A stretch of 64,000 bases of DNA from Rhodococcus sovatensis (GTDB lineage: Bacteria > Actinomycetota > Actinomycetes > Mycobacteriales > Mycobacteriaceae). The DNA is taken from the NCBI RefSeq assembly GCF_037327425.1, contig NZ_CP147846.1, positions 2,604,963-2,668,962 on the forward strand. Direction: 5' to 3'. Below are positions 34,250 to 44,857 of this stretch, piece after piece. The translations under genes were made by a program, and so were the position numbers. The notes under the pieces are model-generated. The model worked only from the letters and a program-made list of their open reading frames with translations. It was not told the DNA's origin and did not search any database. The stretch's first letter is position 1, and every line of letters starts with the position of its first letter.

Positions 34250-36412
34250 TTACAGCATGCACGAAACGCAACCCTCCACCTCGGTGCCTTCGAGTGCCAT
34301 CTGCCGCAACCGGATGTAGTAAAGCGTCTTGATGCCCTTGCGCCACGCGTAGATCTGCGCCTTGTTGATATCGCGCGTCGAGGCCGTGTCCTTGAAGAAC
34401 AGCGTCAAAGAAAGGCCCTGGTCGACGTGTTGCGTCGCAGCGGCGTAGGTATCGATGATCTTTTCGTACCCGATCTCGTAGGCATCCTGGTAGTAGTCCA
34501 GGTTGTCGTTGTCGAGGTACGGCGCCGGGTAGTAGACGCGACCGATCTTGCCTTCCTTGCGGATCTCGATCTTCGACGCGACAGGGTGGATCGACGACGT
34601 CGAGTTGTTGATGTACGAGATCGAACCGGTCGGCGGAACGGCCTGCAGATTCTGGTTGTAGATGCCGTACTTCTGCACCGATTCCTTCAGCGCGACCCAG
34701 TCGGCCTGCGTGGGGATGTGCACATCGGCATCCTGGAACAACGAAGCAACGCGCGCAGTGGACGGTTCCCACACCTGGTCCGTGTACTTGTCGAAGAACT
34801 CACCCGACGCGTACTTGGACTCCGGGAACCCCTTGAAGTAGCTTGCCCGGTCCTTTGCGAGCAGGTTGGATGCCTGCAGCGCATGGAACAGGACGGTGTA
34901 GAAGTAGATGTTGGTGAAGTCGATTCCCTCGACGCTGCCGTAATGGATGCGCTCGCGAGCAAGGTAGCCATGCAGGTTCATCTGACCGAGGCCGATGGCA
35001 TGAGAGTCGTTGTTGCCCTGCTCGATCGACGGCACCGAGTAGATGTGTGTCTGATCCGAGACTGCAGTCAACCCACGGATCGCGACGGCGATGGTCTTGC
35101 CGAAGTCGGGCGAATCCATCGTCTTGGCGATGTTGAGTGAACCCAGGTTGCAGGAGATGTCCTTGCCGACATGACTGTAGGAGAGGTCGTCGTTGAACTC
35201 CGACGGCGTCGAGACCTGAAGAATCTCCGAGCACAGATTCGAGTGAGTGATCTTGCCCTTCACCGGGTTTGCCCGGTTCACCGTGTCTTCGAACATGATG
35301 TACGGGTAGCCGGACTCGAACTGCAACTCGGCCAGAGTCTGGAAGAACTCACGTGCCTTGATCTTCGTCTTGCGAATCCGCTTGTCGTCGACCATCTCGT
35401 AGTACTTCTCCGAGACATTGATGTCGGCGAATGGCACGCCGTAGATCCGTTCGACGTCGTAGGGCGAGAAGAGATACATCTCTTCGTTCTTCTTGGCCAG
35501 TTCGAACGTGATGTCCGGGATGACGATTCCGAGAGAGAGCGTCTTGATACGGATCTTCTCATCGGCGTTCTCGCGCTTGGTGTCGAGGAACTTGTAGACG
35601 TCGGGGTGGTGAGCATGGAGGTAGACCGCGCCTGCTCCCTGACGAGCACCGAGCTGGTTGGCGTACGAGAACGAATCCTCGAGCAGCTTCATGATCGGAA
35701 TGACACCCGAGGACTGGTTCTCGATCCGTTTGATCGGAGCTCCCGCTTCGCGAATGTTGCTGAGCAACAGCGCAACACCGCCACCGCGCTTGGACAGCTG
35801 CAGGGCAGAGTTGATGGAACGACCGATGGACTCCATGTTGTCCTCGATACGCAACAGGAAGCAGGATACGGGCTCGCCGCGCTGCTTCTTGCCGGAGTTG
35901 AGGAACGTCGGAGTGGCCGGCTGGAATCGACCGGCGATGATCTCGTCGACCAGATCAGTCGCGAGCGCCTCGTCCCCGGCTGCGAGCGTCAGCGCGACCA
36001 TGCAGACACGATCCTCGAACCGCTCGAGGTATCGCTTGCCGTCGAACGTCTTGAGCGTGTACGAGGTGTAGTACTTGAACGCACCGAGAAACGTCGGGAA
36101 GCGGAACTTCTTTGAATAGGCGTGATTGATCAAGAACTTCACGAATTCACGCGAGTACTGGTCCAGAACCTCTGGCTCGTAGTAGTTCTCCTCTACGAGG
36201 TAATCGAGTTTCTCGTCCAGATCGTGGAAGAACACCGTGTTCTGGTTGACATGCTGAAGGAAGTACTGGTTGGCCGCCTCGCGGTCCTTCTCGAACTGAA
36301 TCTCGCCGTTGGGGCCGTACAGATTCAGCATCGCGTTCAACGCGTGGTAGTCCAGGTCACCATCCGCTCGAACGGCATTGACAGGTGCTACCTCGGTGAT
36401 GGTGGGTGCCAC
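34250..36412 (-). CDS. nrdE: Class Ib ribonucleotide reductase alpha subunit
   Basis: Catalytic NLCSEI, radical C-terminal GCVSCML. GTG start at 36412 chosen (RBS GGAGCG); the ORF-track N-terminal extension is unlikely. Confidence 0.95.
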   Translation of the reverse strand: MAPTITEVAPVNAVRADGDLDYHALNAMLNLYGPNGEIQFEKDREAANQYFLQHVNQNTVFFHDLDEKLDYLVEENYYEPEVLDQYSREFVKFLINHAYSKKFRFPTFLGAFKYYTSYTLKTFDGKRYLERFEDRVCMVALTLAAGDEALATDLVDEIIAGRFQPATPTFLNSGKKQRGEPVSCFLLRIEDNMESIGRSINSALQLSKRGGGVALLLSNIREAGAPIKRIENQSSGVIPIMKLLEDSFSYANQLGARQGAGAVYLHAHHPDVYKFLDTKRENADEKIRIKTLSLGIVIPDITFELAKKNEEMYLFSPYDVERIYGVPFADINVSEKYYEMVDDKRIRKTKIKAREFFQTLAELQFESGYPYIMFEDTVNRANPVKGKITHSNLCSEILQVSTPSEFNDDLSYSHVGKDISCNLGSLNIAKTMDSPDFGKTIAVAIRGLTAVSDQTHIYSVPSIEQGNNDSHAIGLGQMNLHGYLARERIHYGSVEGIDFTNIYFYTVLFHALQASNLLAKDRASYFKGFPESKYASGEFFDKYTDQVWEPSTARVASLFQDADVHIPTQADWVALKESVQKYGIYNQNLQAVPPTGSISYINNSTSSIHPVASKIEIRKEGKIGRVYYPAPYLDNDNLDYYQDAYEIGYEKIIDTYAAATQHVDQGLSLTLFFKDTASTRDINKAQIYAWRKGIKTLYYIRLRQMALEGTEVEGCVSCML

Positions 36413-36449
36413 GGCGATCGCTCCAGTTCCTTGTTTCGCGCTTGAAAAT

Positions 36450-36914
36450 CTAGTGTGTGTGCGCTGCTCGCCGGGATTCCCGTTCCCAGAAGTCCTCGAG
36501 TCCTTCGCGGACTCGGTCGACGTCTTCGGGGGTTCCCATGAGTTCGAATCTGTAGAGATACGGAACCGCGCACTTCTGTGAAATGACATCGCCCGCAAAG
36601 CAGAACGAATCACCGAAGTTGGTATTGCCTGCTGCGATGACTGCTCTGATCAGGGACCTGTTGTGCTTCTGGTTGAGGAATTTGATCACCTGCTTGGGGA
36701 CGTAATTGGTGTCACGTCCAGCAAAGGTGGTTCCCCCGCCATAGGTCGGAACGATCAGCACGTATGGCCGATCGACCAGAAAGTTCTCTGGGTTGCGGAG
36801 TGGAATGCGGCTTGCCTTCAGGCCGAGCTTGACGACGAACCGATGTGTGTTCTCGGACGCACTCGAGAAGTAGACCAGCGAGTGCGTCTGCTGCGGAACG
36901 AGAGCGGAAGTCAC
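36450..36914 (-). CDS. nrdI: Class Ib RNR flavodoxin-like protein NrdI
   Basis: [15 protein letters not shown], an NrdI-family N-terminus. Confidence 0.9.
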   Translation of the reverse strand: MTSALVPQQTHSLVYFSSASENTHRFVVKLGLKASRIPLRNPENFLVDRPYVLIVPTYGGGTTFAGRDTNYVPKQVIKFLNQKHNRSLIRAVIAAGNTNFGDSFCFAGDVISQKCAVPYLYRFELMGTPEDVDRVREGLEDFWERESRRAAHTH

Positions 36915-36955
36915 ACCTGCTCATCTCCGTCTACTGTTCCAGCCGCGCCATCTGT

Positions 36956-37189
36956 TCAAGCAACGTTGGCCGTGAGTGCCTTGATGCGATCCGGGCGGAA
37001 GCCCGACCAGTGATCCTCGCCGGCGACAACGACGGGTGCCTGCAGGTAGCCGAGTGCCATGACGTAATCCCGGGCTTCAGCATCCTGCGATATATCGATG
37101 ATGTCGTACTCGATGCCCTCTTTGTCGAGAGCGCGGTAGGTTGCATTGCACTGAACGCAGGCGGGCTTGGTGTAAACGGTGATGCTCAT
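36956..37189 (-). CDS. nrdH: Glutaredoxin-like protein NrdH
   Basis: 77 aa with the CVQC redox motif and WSGFRP. Confidence 0.9.
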   Translation of the reverse strand: MSITVYTKPACVQCNATYRALDKEGIEYDIIDISQDAEARDYVMALGYLQAPVVVAGEDHWSGFRPDRIKALTANVA

Positions 37190-37371
37190 GAGGGTTCCCT
37201 TCTCCCTGTCGGACGATCACGGTGTCCACCGAGATCCCGATGTGCGCTGCGTGATATCTGCTGGTGCACCAGAGCCGAGATCGAACCCGGATCAGGGGCA
37301 GTTTCGAGGCGATTTCGCGTCTTCGAGCCCGTTTTCAGAGCTTGTCGCGTTGTGACCTCTCGACTGCTCAG

Positions 37372-37416
37372 ACACTACACCTTGTGTCCGACATATGCCT
37401 ACAACACGAGATGTTG
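37372..37416. promoter_or_regulatory. Two NrdR-box-like 16-bp palindromes upstream of nrdHIE
   Basis: ACACTACACCTTGTGT (37372-37387) and ACAACACGAGATGTTG (37401-37416); the spacing and location fit paired NrdR operators. Confidence 0.3.
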
Positions 37417-37629
37417 CGAACAACATCCTTGGTATTCGCTGGTCACAGTGCCGCCGACCGAGCGAATACGCACCTCGCGTCGGCGTGTCACGACGCCAGA
37501 CCCCCTTATGTCGTGCGTCACAGCTCGACACCGCCCGACCGATGACATGCACCAAAGGCCCGGCAACGGTACGGAAACACAGATAGGCCCCCGGATCACA
37601 TCGATCCGGGGGCCCAGTCCACGACACCG

Positions 37630-37752
37630 TCAGCGCTGACGCGCTTTGAATCGCGGCTCCTTCTTGTTGATCACGAACACCTTGCCGTGGCGGCGCACGA
37701 CCTGCGCGCCCGGCTTGCCCTTCAACGACTTGAGTGAGTTTCGTACTTTCAT
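37630..37752 (-). CDS. rpmJ: 50S ribosomal protein L36, zinc-independent paralog (YkgO/RpmJ2 type)
   Basis: Not in the ORF track. My translation is [40 protein letters not shown]. It lacks the Cys ligands and is a clear match to the C- form of L36. Confidence 0.85.
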   Translation of the reverse strand: MKVRNSLKSLKGKPGAQVVRRHGKVFVINKKEPRFKARQR

Positions 37753-37763
37753 GCACCCAGGCT

Positions 37764-37797
37764 ACATGAAAACGATTCCCATTTCGATAATGATGGA
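37764..37797. promoter_or_regulatory. Zur-box-like AT-rich motif in the rpmJ2 promoter
   Basis: TGAAAACGATTCCCATTTCGATAATGA compared with the actinobacterial Zur consensus TGAAAATGATTTTCA gives a partial match of 11-12 out of 15. Confidence 0.3.
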
Positions 37798-37814
37798 TCG
37801 AGCAGCAACGAAGG

Positions 37815-38381
37815 TCAGACGGTGGCCAGCTCGGCGGATGCCTTGACGAGCTCAGCGACGACCGCAGCAATTGCCGCGGAAACCTCGGCATTTTCGCGCG
37901 GGTGCGCCGAACCGAACTTGTCGACGGTGCCACCGATCGTGAGCGTGACGTCCTCGAGCACAGAGCCGCCCGCGACGCCGACCGCCTTGCGCGCGTCGTC
38001 GTGAGCCCATTTCGCTCCGTTGCCGCTGGGCGATGCGCTGATCACTGCGACAGGCTTGCTGCTCACAGCGCCCGCGCCGTAGGGGCGAGAGAGCCAGTCG
38101 ATGGCATTCTTCAGAACAGCCGGGATCGTTCCGTTGTACTCGGGGGTGACGAGGAGAAATGCGGTCGCCTGCTCGGCTGCGGCACGCAGTTCGAGCGCAG
38201 CAGCGGGGACCTTACCGGGAATGTCGATGTCCTCGTTGTAGAACGGGACCTCGGCGAGACCGTTGTAGACCTCGGCCGTCGAGCCTTCTGGAGCGAGCGA
38301 CACCGCGGTCTCGGCGATCTGCTTGTTGACCGAGTCGGCGCGGAGGCTTCCGACGAGAACCAGTACCTGTGCGTGCGTCAT
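37815..38381 (-). CDS. NADPH-dependent FMN reductase (flavodoxin-like fold)
   Basis: VLVLVGSLRADSVNKQ...LLVTPEYNGTIP, typical of the NAD(P)H:FMN reductase family. Start at the ATG at 38381. Confidence 0.8.
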   Translation of the reverse strand: MTHAQVLVLVGSLRADSVNKQIAETAVSLAPEGSTAEVYNGLAEVPFYNEDIDIPGKVPAAALELRAAAEQATAFLLVTPEYNGTIPAVLKNAIDWLSRPYGAGAVSSKPVAVISASPSGNGAKWAHDDARKAVGVAGGSVLEDVTLTIGGTVDKFGSAHPRENAEVSAAIAAVVAELVKASAELATV

Positions 38382-38437
38382 GACGATAATCCTTCGAGTT
38401 CGAGTGAGAGCCTGTGTTCGATCAATTCCTACCATCT

Positions 38438-38457
38438 AAGTGGACCGCGGTCCACTT
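38438..38457. promoter_or_regulatory. Perfect 20-bp palindromic operator (TetR site) in the divergent promoter region
   Basis: AAGTGGACCGCGGTCCACTT, sitting between the FMN reductase and TetR genes. Confidence 0.55.
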
Positions 38458-38484
38458 GTATTCCCGAACAGGTAGACTCTCCAT

Positions 38485-39078
38485 GTGACCGACTTCGTGC
38501 TCCCTATCGCAGGCGAGGAGACCGAGCGTTGCGACGCCGCACGCAACCGTCGTCTCCTGCTCGATGCCGCAAAGGAACTGGTCGCCACCATAGGCGCCGA
38601 CGCTGTCACGATGGACGGCCTCGCAGCCAGGGCCGGTGTGGGCAAAGGCACAGTCTTCCGGCGGTTCGGCAGCCGCTCCGGACTGATGCAGGCCCTGTTG
38701 GATCACACTGAAAAAGAACTGCAGCAAGCGTTTCTCTTCGGTCCGCCGCCTCTCGGTCCAGGCGCGGACCCCATCGACAGGCTCGTCGCTTTCGGACGCG
38801 CCCGCCTCGACCTCGTCGAAGTGCAGGGAGAAGTCATGCGTGCGGCCGAGAACTCACCTGAACTCCGATACTCCGCTCCGGCTCATATGGTCAACTACAC
38901 GCACGTCCTCACCCTCCTCAGGACCGCCGGGGTCGAGGGTGATCTCGAACTTCTCGCCTACGGCCTGCTGACTCCCCTGGAAGCCACCTTGGTATTGCAC
39001 CAGTTCCGCGATCTCGGCATGACGATGGGACGTCTCGCCGACGGCTGGGAAGACTTGGTACGTAGGGCAACTCGATAG
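38485..39078 (+). CDS. TetR-family transcriptional regulator
   Basis: N-terminal HTH LLDAAKELVATIGADAVTMDGLAARAGVGKGTVFRRF. Confidence 0.85.
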   Translation: MTDFVLPIAGEETERCDAARNRRLLLDAAKELVATIGADAVTMDGLAARAGVGKGTVFRRFGSRSGLMQALLDHTEKELQQAFLFGPPPLGPGADPIDRLVAFGRARLDLVEVQGEVMRAAENSPELRYSAPAHMVNYTHVLTLLRTAGVEGDLELLAYGLLTPLEATLVLHQFRDLGMTMGRLADGWEDLVRRATR

Positions 39079-39085
39079 TGGCGGG

Positions 39086-39859
39086 CTACTCGATAGACAG
39101 CAGACCGGACACGCTGCGAGCAGCACGAACAAGCTCGACGCCGTAGGACGGGCCGTGTCCCGCGGCGTGCACGGCGAGGGGATGCAGCTCATGGAGCGGG
39201 ATGCGGAGTTCCCAATCTTCGGACAGTTCGTGCGCATCCCGATAGCCCACGAGAATGTCGGAGAGCAATGGGCAACCGAACAGAGCCAGCATCGCCAAAT
39301 CGGTTTCACGATGTCCACCGTGCGCAGCGGGGTCGATCATCACGGCGCCCGACGCGGTCCACACAAGGTTTCCGGTCCACAGATCACCGTGAATCCGGCT
39401 CGGCGGTTCGTCGTCGTCGAACACCCCGTCGGCGATCGCGGCACACACACGTTCGACCTCCGCCGCACCGGATTCGGAGATGTTGCCGTTCGCGACGGCC
39501 ACCGATAGGTATGGCAACACACGTTCGTAGGCGTAGAACGAACCCCACGAAGCGTGCTCGGTGCTCGACATCGGTCTGGATCCGATGAACATCTGACCGT
39601 CGAAACCATCTGGTGGACAACCGAACTGCCGTGCGCCCGCAGCGTGCATCGCCGCGAGTTCAGCGCCGAAACGGAGCGCGGCGTCCTGAGTGGGCGACGA
39701 CGGTACGAGCCGGGCGAGATCGATGTGGGTGGGACCGAATCCGCGAACGTCGACGACGTTGCCCCCGCCGTCTCGGAGCCACGCCAACCCGGTTGCTTCG
39801 GCCGTGAAGAAGTCCGGGTGTGCACTCGGATCGGTCTTGGTGAACGTGTCTGCAGACAT
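39086..39859 (-). CDS. Fructosamine/ketosamine-3-kinase family protein
   Basis: IHGDLWTGNLVW catalytic loop plus DPA and kinase-like fold. Confidence 0.8.
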   Translation of the reverse strand: MSADTFTKTDPSAHPDFFTAEATGLAWLRDGGGNVVDVRGFGPTHIDLARLVPSSPTQDAALRFGAELAAMHAAGARQFGCPPDGFDGQMFIGSRPMSSTEHASWGSFYAYERVLPYLSVAVANGNISESGAAEVERVCAAIADGVFDDDEPPSRIHGDLWTGNLVWTASGAVMIDPAAHGGHRETDLAMLALFGCPLLSDILVGYRDAHELSEDWELRIPLHELHPLAVHAAGHGPSYGVELVRAARSVSGLLSIE

Positions 39860-39897
39860 CGGAACTCACAGTACGCGCGAGCCAATAAGATGGCGGA

Positions 39898-40743
39898 ATG
39901 TCACTCCAACGTTCGGAACTGCGGACGCGCATCCTGCGCGAATTGGCCGTGCAGTCGTCCATCGACCCAGTCACGGAAATTACCCGCCGCGTCGAGTTCC
40001 TGAAGGCCTATCTTCGTTCCACGCCCGCCAAAGGGTTCGTTCTCGGTATCAGTGGGGGGCAGGACAGCACACTGACCGGTGCCCTGTGCCAACGCGCCGC
40101 CGCCGAACTGAGAGCCGACGGCGCAGAGGCGCAATTCCTGGCCGTCAGACTCCCCTACGGCGTTCAAGCAGACGAGGCGGATGCCACAGTGTCGCTCGAG
40201 TTCATCGCACCCGACCGGACGGTGACCGTCAACATCAAGGCAGCCGCCGACGCGGCCGCATCGGCGGCCGCCGATGCCCTGGGCTCCTCGGAAGTTCGAG
40301 ACTTCGTGCGCGGCAACATCAAAGCCCGGCAACGCATGGTCGCGCAATACGCATTGGCGGGAGAGCTCGGATACGTAGTCGTCGGAACCGATCATGCCGC
40401 CGAGGCAATCACCGGCTTCTTCACCAAGTTCGGCGACGGTGGTGTCGACATCACCCCACTCACCGGCCTTACCAAGCGGCAGGGTGCCGCGTTGCTGCGC
40501 GAATTGGGTGCACCCGAGAGCACGTGGAAGAAAGTTCCTACGGCCGATCTGGAAGACGACCGCCCCGCGCTGCCCGACGAGGAAGCCTTGGGAGTGATGT
40601 ACACCGAGATCGACGACTATCTCGAAAACAAGGATGTGGCCGACGAAGTCGCCGAGAAGCTGGAACGGATGTATCTGAGCACACGGCACAAGCGCGCGGT
40701 CCCGGTGACGCCTTTCGACGACTGGTGGACCACCGAGAACTGA
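39898..40743 (+). CDS. nadE: Ammonia-dependent NAD+ synthetase
   Basis: PP-loop GISGGQDS and conserved NadE body. Confidence 0.9.
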   Translation: MSLQRSELRTRILRELAVQSSIDPVTEITRRVEFLKAYLRSTPAKGFVLGISGGQDSTLTGALCQRAAAELRADGAEAQFLAVRLPYGVQADEADATVSLEFIAPDRTVTVNIKAAADAAASAAADALGSSEVRDFVRGNIKARQRMVAQYALAGELGYVVVGTDHAAEAITGFFTKFGDGGVDITPLTGLTKRQGAALLRELGAPESTWKKVPTADLEDDRPALPDEEALGVMYTEIDDYLENKDVADEVAEKLERMYLSTRHKRAVPVTPFDDWWTTEN

Positions 40744-40746
40744 CGA

Positions 40747-40989
40747 CTATCCCCCGGCGAACGGCGGCAGGACGTCGACCCTGTCGCCGAACGTCGTCGA
40801 CAGGTCTCGGGTGAGCTCGTCCCCGACGAGGAAAGCCGACACGCGCAACACATCTGCCAGCGCATTGCCGTGTCTGTCGAGGACGGCGGCCTTGAGTGCG
40901 GACAGGTCGCTCCCCTCGGGCAGTTGGAAAGTCTCGCTTGCGCACCCGGACGCGTCCTTGGCCCCGGCGAAGTATCGAACCTCAACCAC
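40747..40989 (-). CDS. moaD: Molybdopterin synthase sulfur-carrier subunit MoaD
   Basis: GTG start [12 protein letters not shown]...; C-terminal GG. It overlaps the moaA stop (GTGGTTGA). Confidence 0.75.
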   Translation of the reverse strand: MVEVRYFAGAKDASGCASETFQLPEGSDLSALKAAVLDRHGNALADVLRVSAFLVGDELTRDLSTTFGDRVDVLPPFAGG

Positions 40990-42052
40990 CGATAGCTCCC
41001 ATACTTCTCGCCGGCGGGACGAAGCCCACCGCATCGATTCCGTGTCCTGCCCACTTGTTCCACATTGCACCTTGCCAGAGCTTGCCCAACTCGTCGTCGG
41101 TGGCTCCTCCGCGCAACGCAGCGCGCAGATCGGTTTCCTCGTCGCTGAACAAGCAGGACCGAACGGTGCCCTCGGCCGTCAATCGCGTGCGGTCGCAGTC
41201 AGAGCAGAACGAACGCGTGACCGACGCGATGATGCCCACGGTGCTCGATGTCCCGCCGACAGCCCACTCCTCGGCGGGAGCAGACGGATCGGACCGACCG
41301 ATCTCACGCAGATCGAACCGAGTCGACAGCACATCGAGCAGGTGTTCGGCGTCGAGCATGTTCGCCCGAGCCCATTCCTGATCGGCGTCGAGAGGCATCT
41401 GCTCGATGAACCGCAGCGCGACACCTTCGTCCAAGCACCATTGGAGGAGGTCGGCTGCACCATGCAGTGTTTCCGGCATCAGCACCGCGTTGATCTTGAC
41501 CGGAGTCAGTCCTGCCCGCATGGCGGCGCGCACACCGGCCAGCACCGAGGGCAGGCGATCGCGCCTGGTCAGTTCCGCGAAGTGCGCGCGATCGATCGTG
41601 TCGAGCGAGACATTGACCCGATTCAGGCCTGCGGCCGCCAGCGTATCTGCTCGATGCTCCAGCCCAACTGCGTTGGTGGTCATGGACAGCGGCACACCCG
41701 GTGCCACCTGCGAGGTCAGTCGCACGATCTCCGTCAGATCAGCGCGCATCAATGGCTCACCGCCGGTGAAGCGCACCTCCTCGACGCCGAGTCGGTGGAC
41801 AGCAACTCCGACGACGCGCGCAATTTCGCTCGCCGTCAGCAGATCCTGAGTGGGAATCGCTGGTAGACCTTCTTCCGGCATGCAGTAGGTACACCGGAGC
41901 GAGCATTTCTCGGTGATGGAAACCCGCAGGTCACGGGCCACTCGGCCAAAGCGGTCGATCAATACCGGAACGTCGGGACGGTCGTCCACGGACACCCCGG
42001 GCGTTCGGCTGATCGAAGGGATGCCGAGTCCTACGACACTGCTGGTTGTCAC
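40982..42052 (-). CDS. moaA: GTP 3',8-cyclase MoaA (radical SAM)
   Basis: CSLRCTYC radical-SAM motif; C-terminal double Gly. Confidence 0.9.
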   Translation of the reverse strand: MTTSSVVGLGIPSISRTPGVSVDDRPDVPVLIDRFGRVARDLRVSITEKCSLRCTYCMPEEGLPAIPTQDLLTASEIARVVGVAVHRLGVEEVRFTGGEPLMRADLTEIVRLTSQVAPGVPLSMTTNAVGLEHRADTLAAAGLNRVNVSLDTIDRAHFAELTRRDRLPSVLAGVRAAMRAGLTPVKINAVLMPETLHGAADLLQWCLDEGVALRFIEQMPLDADQEWARANMLDAEHLLDVLSTRFDLREIGRSDPSAPAEEWAVGGTSSTVGIIASVTRSFCSDCDRTRLTAEGTVRSCLFSDEETDLRAALRGGATDDELGKLWQGAMWNKWAGHGIDAVGFVPPARSMGAIGG

Positions 42053-42174
42053 GAACTCTCCTTCGAATCATCGGTCTTTCCCACAACAACGAACTACGAT
42101 CCAGTATGCCGTCCTGGGGAACTTCGTGCGATCCGCCGAACATTTCGTCGTTGCGGCGCGCATAAGATCGTGAC

Positions 42175-43413
42175 ATGACCACACCATCGGCGGGGCCGAA
42201 TCGAGTAGCGGACTCCGGTCGAGAACACCGTCGTGCAGTGTCGGTCGAAGAACACACCGAGCTCGTCGCGAGCCTGTTGGCACCGCTGCGGATTCGTCCG
42301 GCAGACTCCGTCGCCGTCGGTGACGCTCTCGGTCGAGTTGCCGCGTCCGATGTCTGCGCGCCGGTCGACCTGCCGCTGTTCCGAAACTCCCAGATGGACG
42401 GATACGCAGTGCTGGCATCGGACCTCGCGCGCGTGCCCGCGAGTCTGCGTGTGATCGGGACCGTCGCCGCTGGGCCCTCGGACCGCATTCATCTCGAGGC
42501 CGGTACCGCGGTGAAGATCATGACCGGTGCACCGATGCCCGAGAACGCCGATGCCGTGGCGCCGATCGAGAACACCACCTATGACGGCGGAGTCGTCACC
42601 GTGACCGTCGCGCGCAGAGCGGGCGAATACGTTAGAGAACAAGGCAGCGACATCACCACCGGAACGGTCATGGTGCAGGCGGGCGAGATCATCGAACCCC
42701 GCCACATCGCGGTTCTTGCGGCAGTGGGACTTTCGCACGTGCAGGTTCTGAGCCGACCGAAAGTCGCGGTCATCACGACCGGTGCAGAACTGGTCGCCGC
42801 CGGTTCGCCGCTGCGCCCCGGCCAGATCTACGACTCGAACGGCGTGGCCCTGGCCGCGCACCTCCGCGCGAACGGCGCCGATGTGGTCGCAGTTCACCGC
42901 AGCTCCGACGACGCGGACGAATTCCGACGCATTCTGTCCGACGCGGTCGCGGCGGCCGAACTCGTCATCACCTCGGGCGGGGTGTCGATGGGTGACTTCG
43001 AGGTCGTCAAAGATGTACTGGCACCGATGGGTGGACACTTCGGTTCCGTTCGCATGCAGCCCGGTGGCCCCCAGGGTACGGCGACGATCGACGGTGTTCC
43101 CATCCTCGATTTTCCCGGCAACCCGGTCAGCACGGTAGTGTCGTTCATCGTGTTCGCGCGCAACGCTGTTCGCGAGGCGGCAGGCCTCGACGCAATCGAA
43201 TCACGCTCGGTGCCGCTGGCGCATTCGATCACGTCGATTGCAGGCAAAAGACAACTCCTGCGCGGAAAACTCGGTGACGACGGCGTGGCCGCGATCGCAG
43301 GTCCAGGCTCCCATCTGGTCGCTGCTATGGCGTGGGCGGATGTACTCATCGACATTCCCGAGGACACAACCGAACTCGATGCCGGCACCGAGATCCAGGT
43401 GATCCCGCTGTGA
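42175..43413 (+). CDS. moeA: Molybdopterin molybdotransferase MoeA
   Basis: 412-aa conserved MoeA fold (GGVSMG). Confidence 0.9.
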   Translation: MTTPSAGPNRVADSGREHRRAVSVEEHTELVASLLAPLRIRPADSVAVGDALGRVAASDVCAPVDLPLFRNSQMDGYAVLASDLARVPASLRVIGTVAAGPSDRIHLEAGTAVKIMTGAPMPENADAVAPIENTTYDGGVVTVTVARRAGEYVREQGSDITTGTVMVQAGEIIEPRHIAVLAAVGLSHVQVLSRPKVAVITTGAELVAAGSPLRPGQIYDSNGVALAAHLRANGADVVAVHRSSDDADEFRRILSDAVAAAELVITSGGVSMGDFEVVKDVLAPMGGHFGSVRMQPGGPQGTATIDGVPILDFPGNPVSTVVSFIVFARNAVREAAGLDAIESRSVPLAHSITSIAGKRQLLRGKLGDDGVAAIAGPGSHLVAAMAWADVLIDIPEDTTELDAGTEIQVIPL

Positions 43414-44420
43414 ACGAGATGTACCGCGCACAGCCTGGCTTCTCGCACGTCGACGCCGAGGGACGCGCCCGCATGGTCGATGTATCGCACAAGTCCGACA
43501 CCGAACGAATCGCGGTTGCAGCAGGAGAACTCGCGACGACAGCGGAGGTGGTCGCACTGGTCCGCGCCGACGGAATGCCCAAAGCCGACGTACTGGCGAC
43601 AGCAAGAATCGCAGGAATCACGGGCGCGAAGAAGACCTCCGAACTCATTCCGCTCTGCCACCAGTTGGCATTGTCGAAGGTCGATGTCGTCTTCGGATTC
43701 ACCGACACCACGATCACCGTCGAAGCAACCGCGAAGACGACCGGACCCACGGGCGTCGAAATGGAGGCGCTCACCGCCGTCGCCATCGCGGGTCTGACGC
43801 TGCACGACATGGTCAAGGCCGTCGACCCCGCCGCGACGATGAACGGTGTTCGACTCCTCCACAAAGAGGGCGGCAAGCGCGGACGGTGGTCTCGCGACGC
43901 CGCAGTGGAACAGGTCGATGCCCGAACCGACGACCGATCGGCTGTCGTTCTCGTAGCCTCGACCGGTGGTGCACGTGGAACTCGTGAAGACACGACCGGT
44001 CCGGCGATCGCAACATGGTTGGAAAACAGAGGTTTCTCGGTGCGCGGTCCCCTCGTATATGCCGACGCCGAGATCTCGGCGGGCCTCGACGACGCACTCA
44101 TCGGTGCGCCCGCCCTCGTCATCAGTACCGGAGGAACCGGGGTGTCCCCCACCGATGCGACACCCGAAGCCACCAGAGCAGTCCTGGATCGTGAACTACC
44201 TGGAATCGCCGACGCGATTCGGCTCGAAGGAACCAAGGTCACACCGCACGCAACCCTGAGCCGAGGATTGACAGGAGTCTCCGGGCGTACCGTCGTCGTC
44301 AATCTCCCCGGTTCACCCGGCGGGGTGAAGGACGGCCTGTCGGTTCTCGATCCAATACTCGACCATCTCATTGCCCAGGTCGCGGGCAATGGACTACACG
44401 AAACCGCTGACGAGAAATGA
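43410..44420 (+). CDS. moaC: Fused MoaC (cPMP synthase) and MogA/MoaB-like protein
   Basis: The N-terminal half is MoaC (SHVDAEGRARMVDVSHK...ELIPLCH); the C-terminal half is MogA/MoaB (ISTGGTGVSPTD). GTG start overlaps the moeA stop (GTGA). Confidence 0.8.
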   Translation: MNEMYRAQPGFSHVDAEGRARMVDVSHKSDTERIAVAAGELATTAEVVALVRADGMPKADVLATARIAGITGAKKTSELIPLCHQLALSKVDVVFGFTDTTITVEATAKTTGPTGVEMEALTAVAIAGLTLHDMVKAVDPAATMNGVRLLHKEGGKRGRWSRDAAVEQVDARTDDRSAVVLVASTGGARGTREDTTGPAIATWLENRGFSVRGPLVYADAEISAGLDDALIGAPALVISTGGTGVSPTDATPEATRAVLDRELPGIADAIRLEGTKVTPHATLSRGLTGVSGRTVVVNLPGSPGGVKDGLSVLDPILDHLIAQVAGNGLHETADEK

Positions 44421-44427
44421 GAGAACG

Positions 44428-44841
44428 ATGACGGACCTGCTCGCCCATATTTCCAGCGAGGCGCTCGACACCTCGGTGGTGGAGAACGCTGTTGCAGGGC
44501 CCGAACATGGAGCCGTCGTGCTGTTCAGCGGGGTCGTTCGCAATCATGATGGCGGACAATCGGTTTCGACACTGGAGTATCAAGCACACCCCGACGCCGA
44601 ACGCTTCTTGCGCAAGTGTTGCGCCGAAGTCGCAGCGGAATCGGGACTCCCGGTCGCGGCGATTCATCGAGTCGGCGACTTGACCGTCGGTGATATCGCC
44701 CTCGTAGCCGCGGTCGCGTCGCCGCACCGCGCCGAGGCGTTCGCTACGTGCGCAACTCTCGTCGAACGCATCAAGTCGGAGGTTCCGATCTGGAAGCGCC
44801 AGAATTTCGCGACAGGGATGTCCGAGTGGGTAGGCCTGTAG
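44428..44841 (+). CDS. moaE: Molybdopterin synthase catalytic subunit MoaE
   Basis: ATG at 44428; conserved MoaE body (GAVVLFSGVVRNH). Confidence 0.8.
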   Translation: MTDLLAHISSEALDTSVVENAVAGPEHGAVVLFSGVVRNHDGGQSVSTLEYQAHPDAERFLRKCCAEVAAESGLPVAAIHRVGDLTVGDIALVAAVASPHRAEAFATCATLVERIKSEVPIWKRQNFATGMSEWVGL

Positions 44842-44857
44842 CGCCTGCGGTGTTCGA

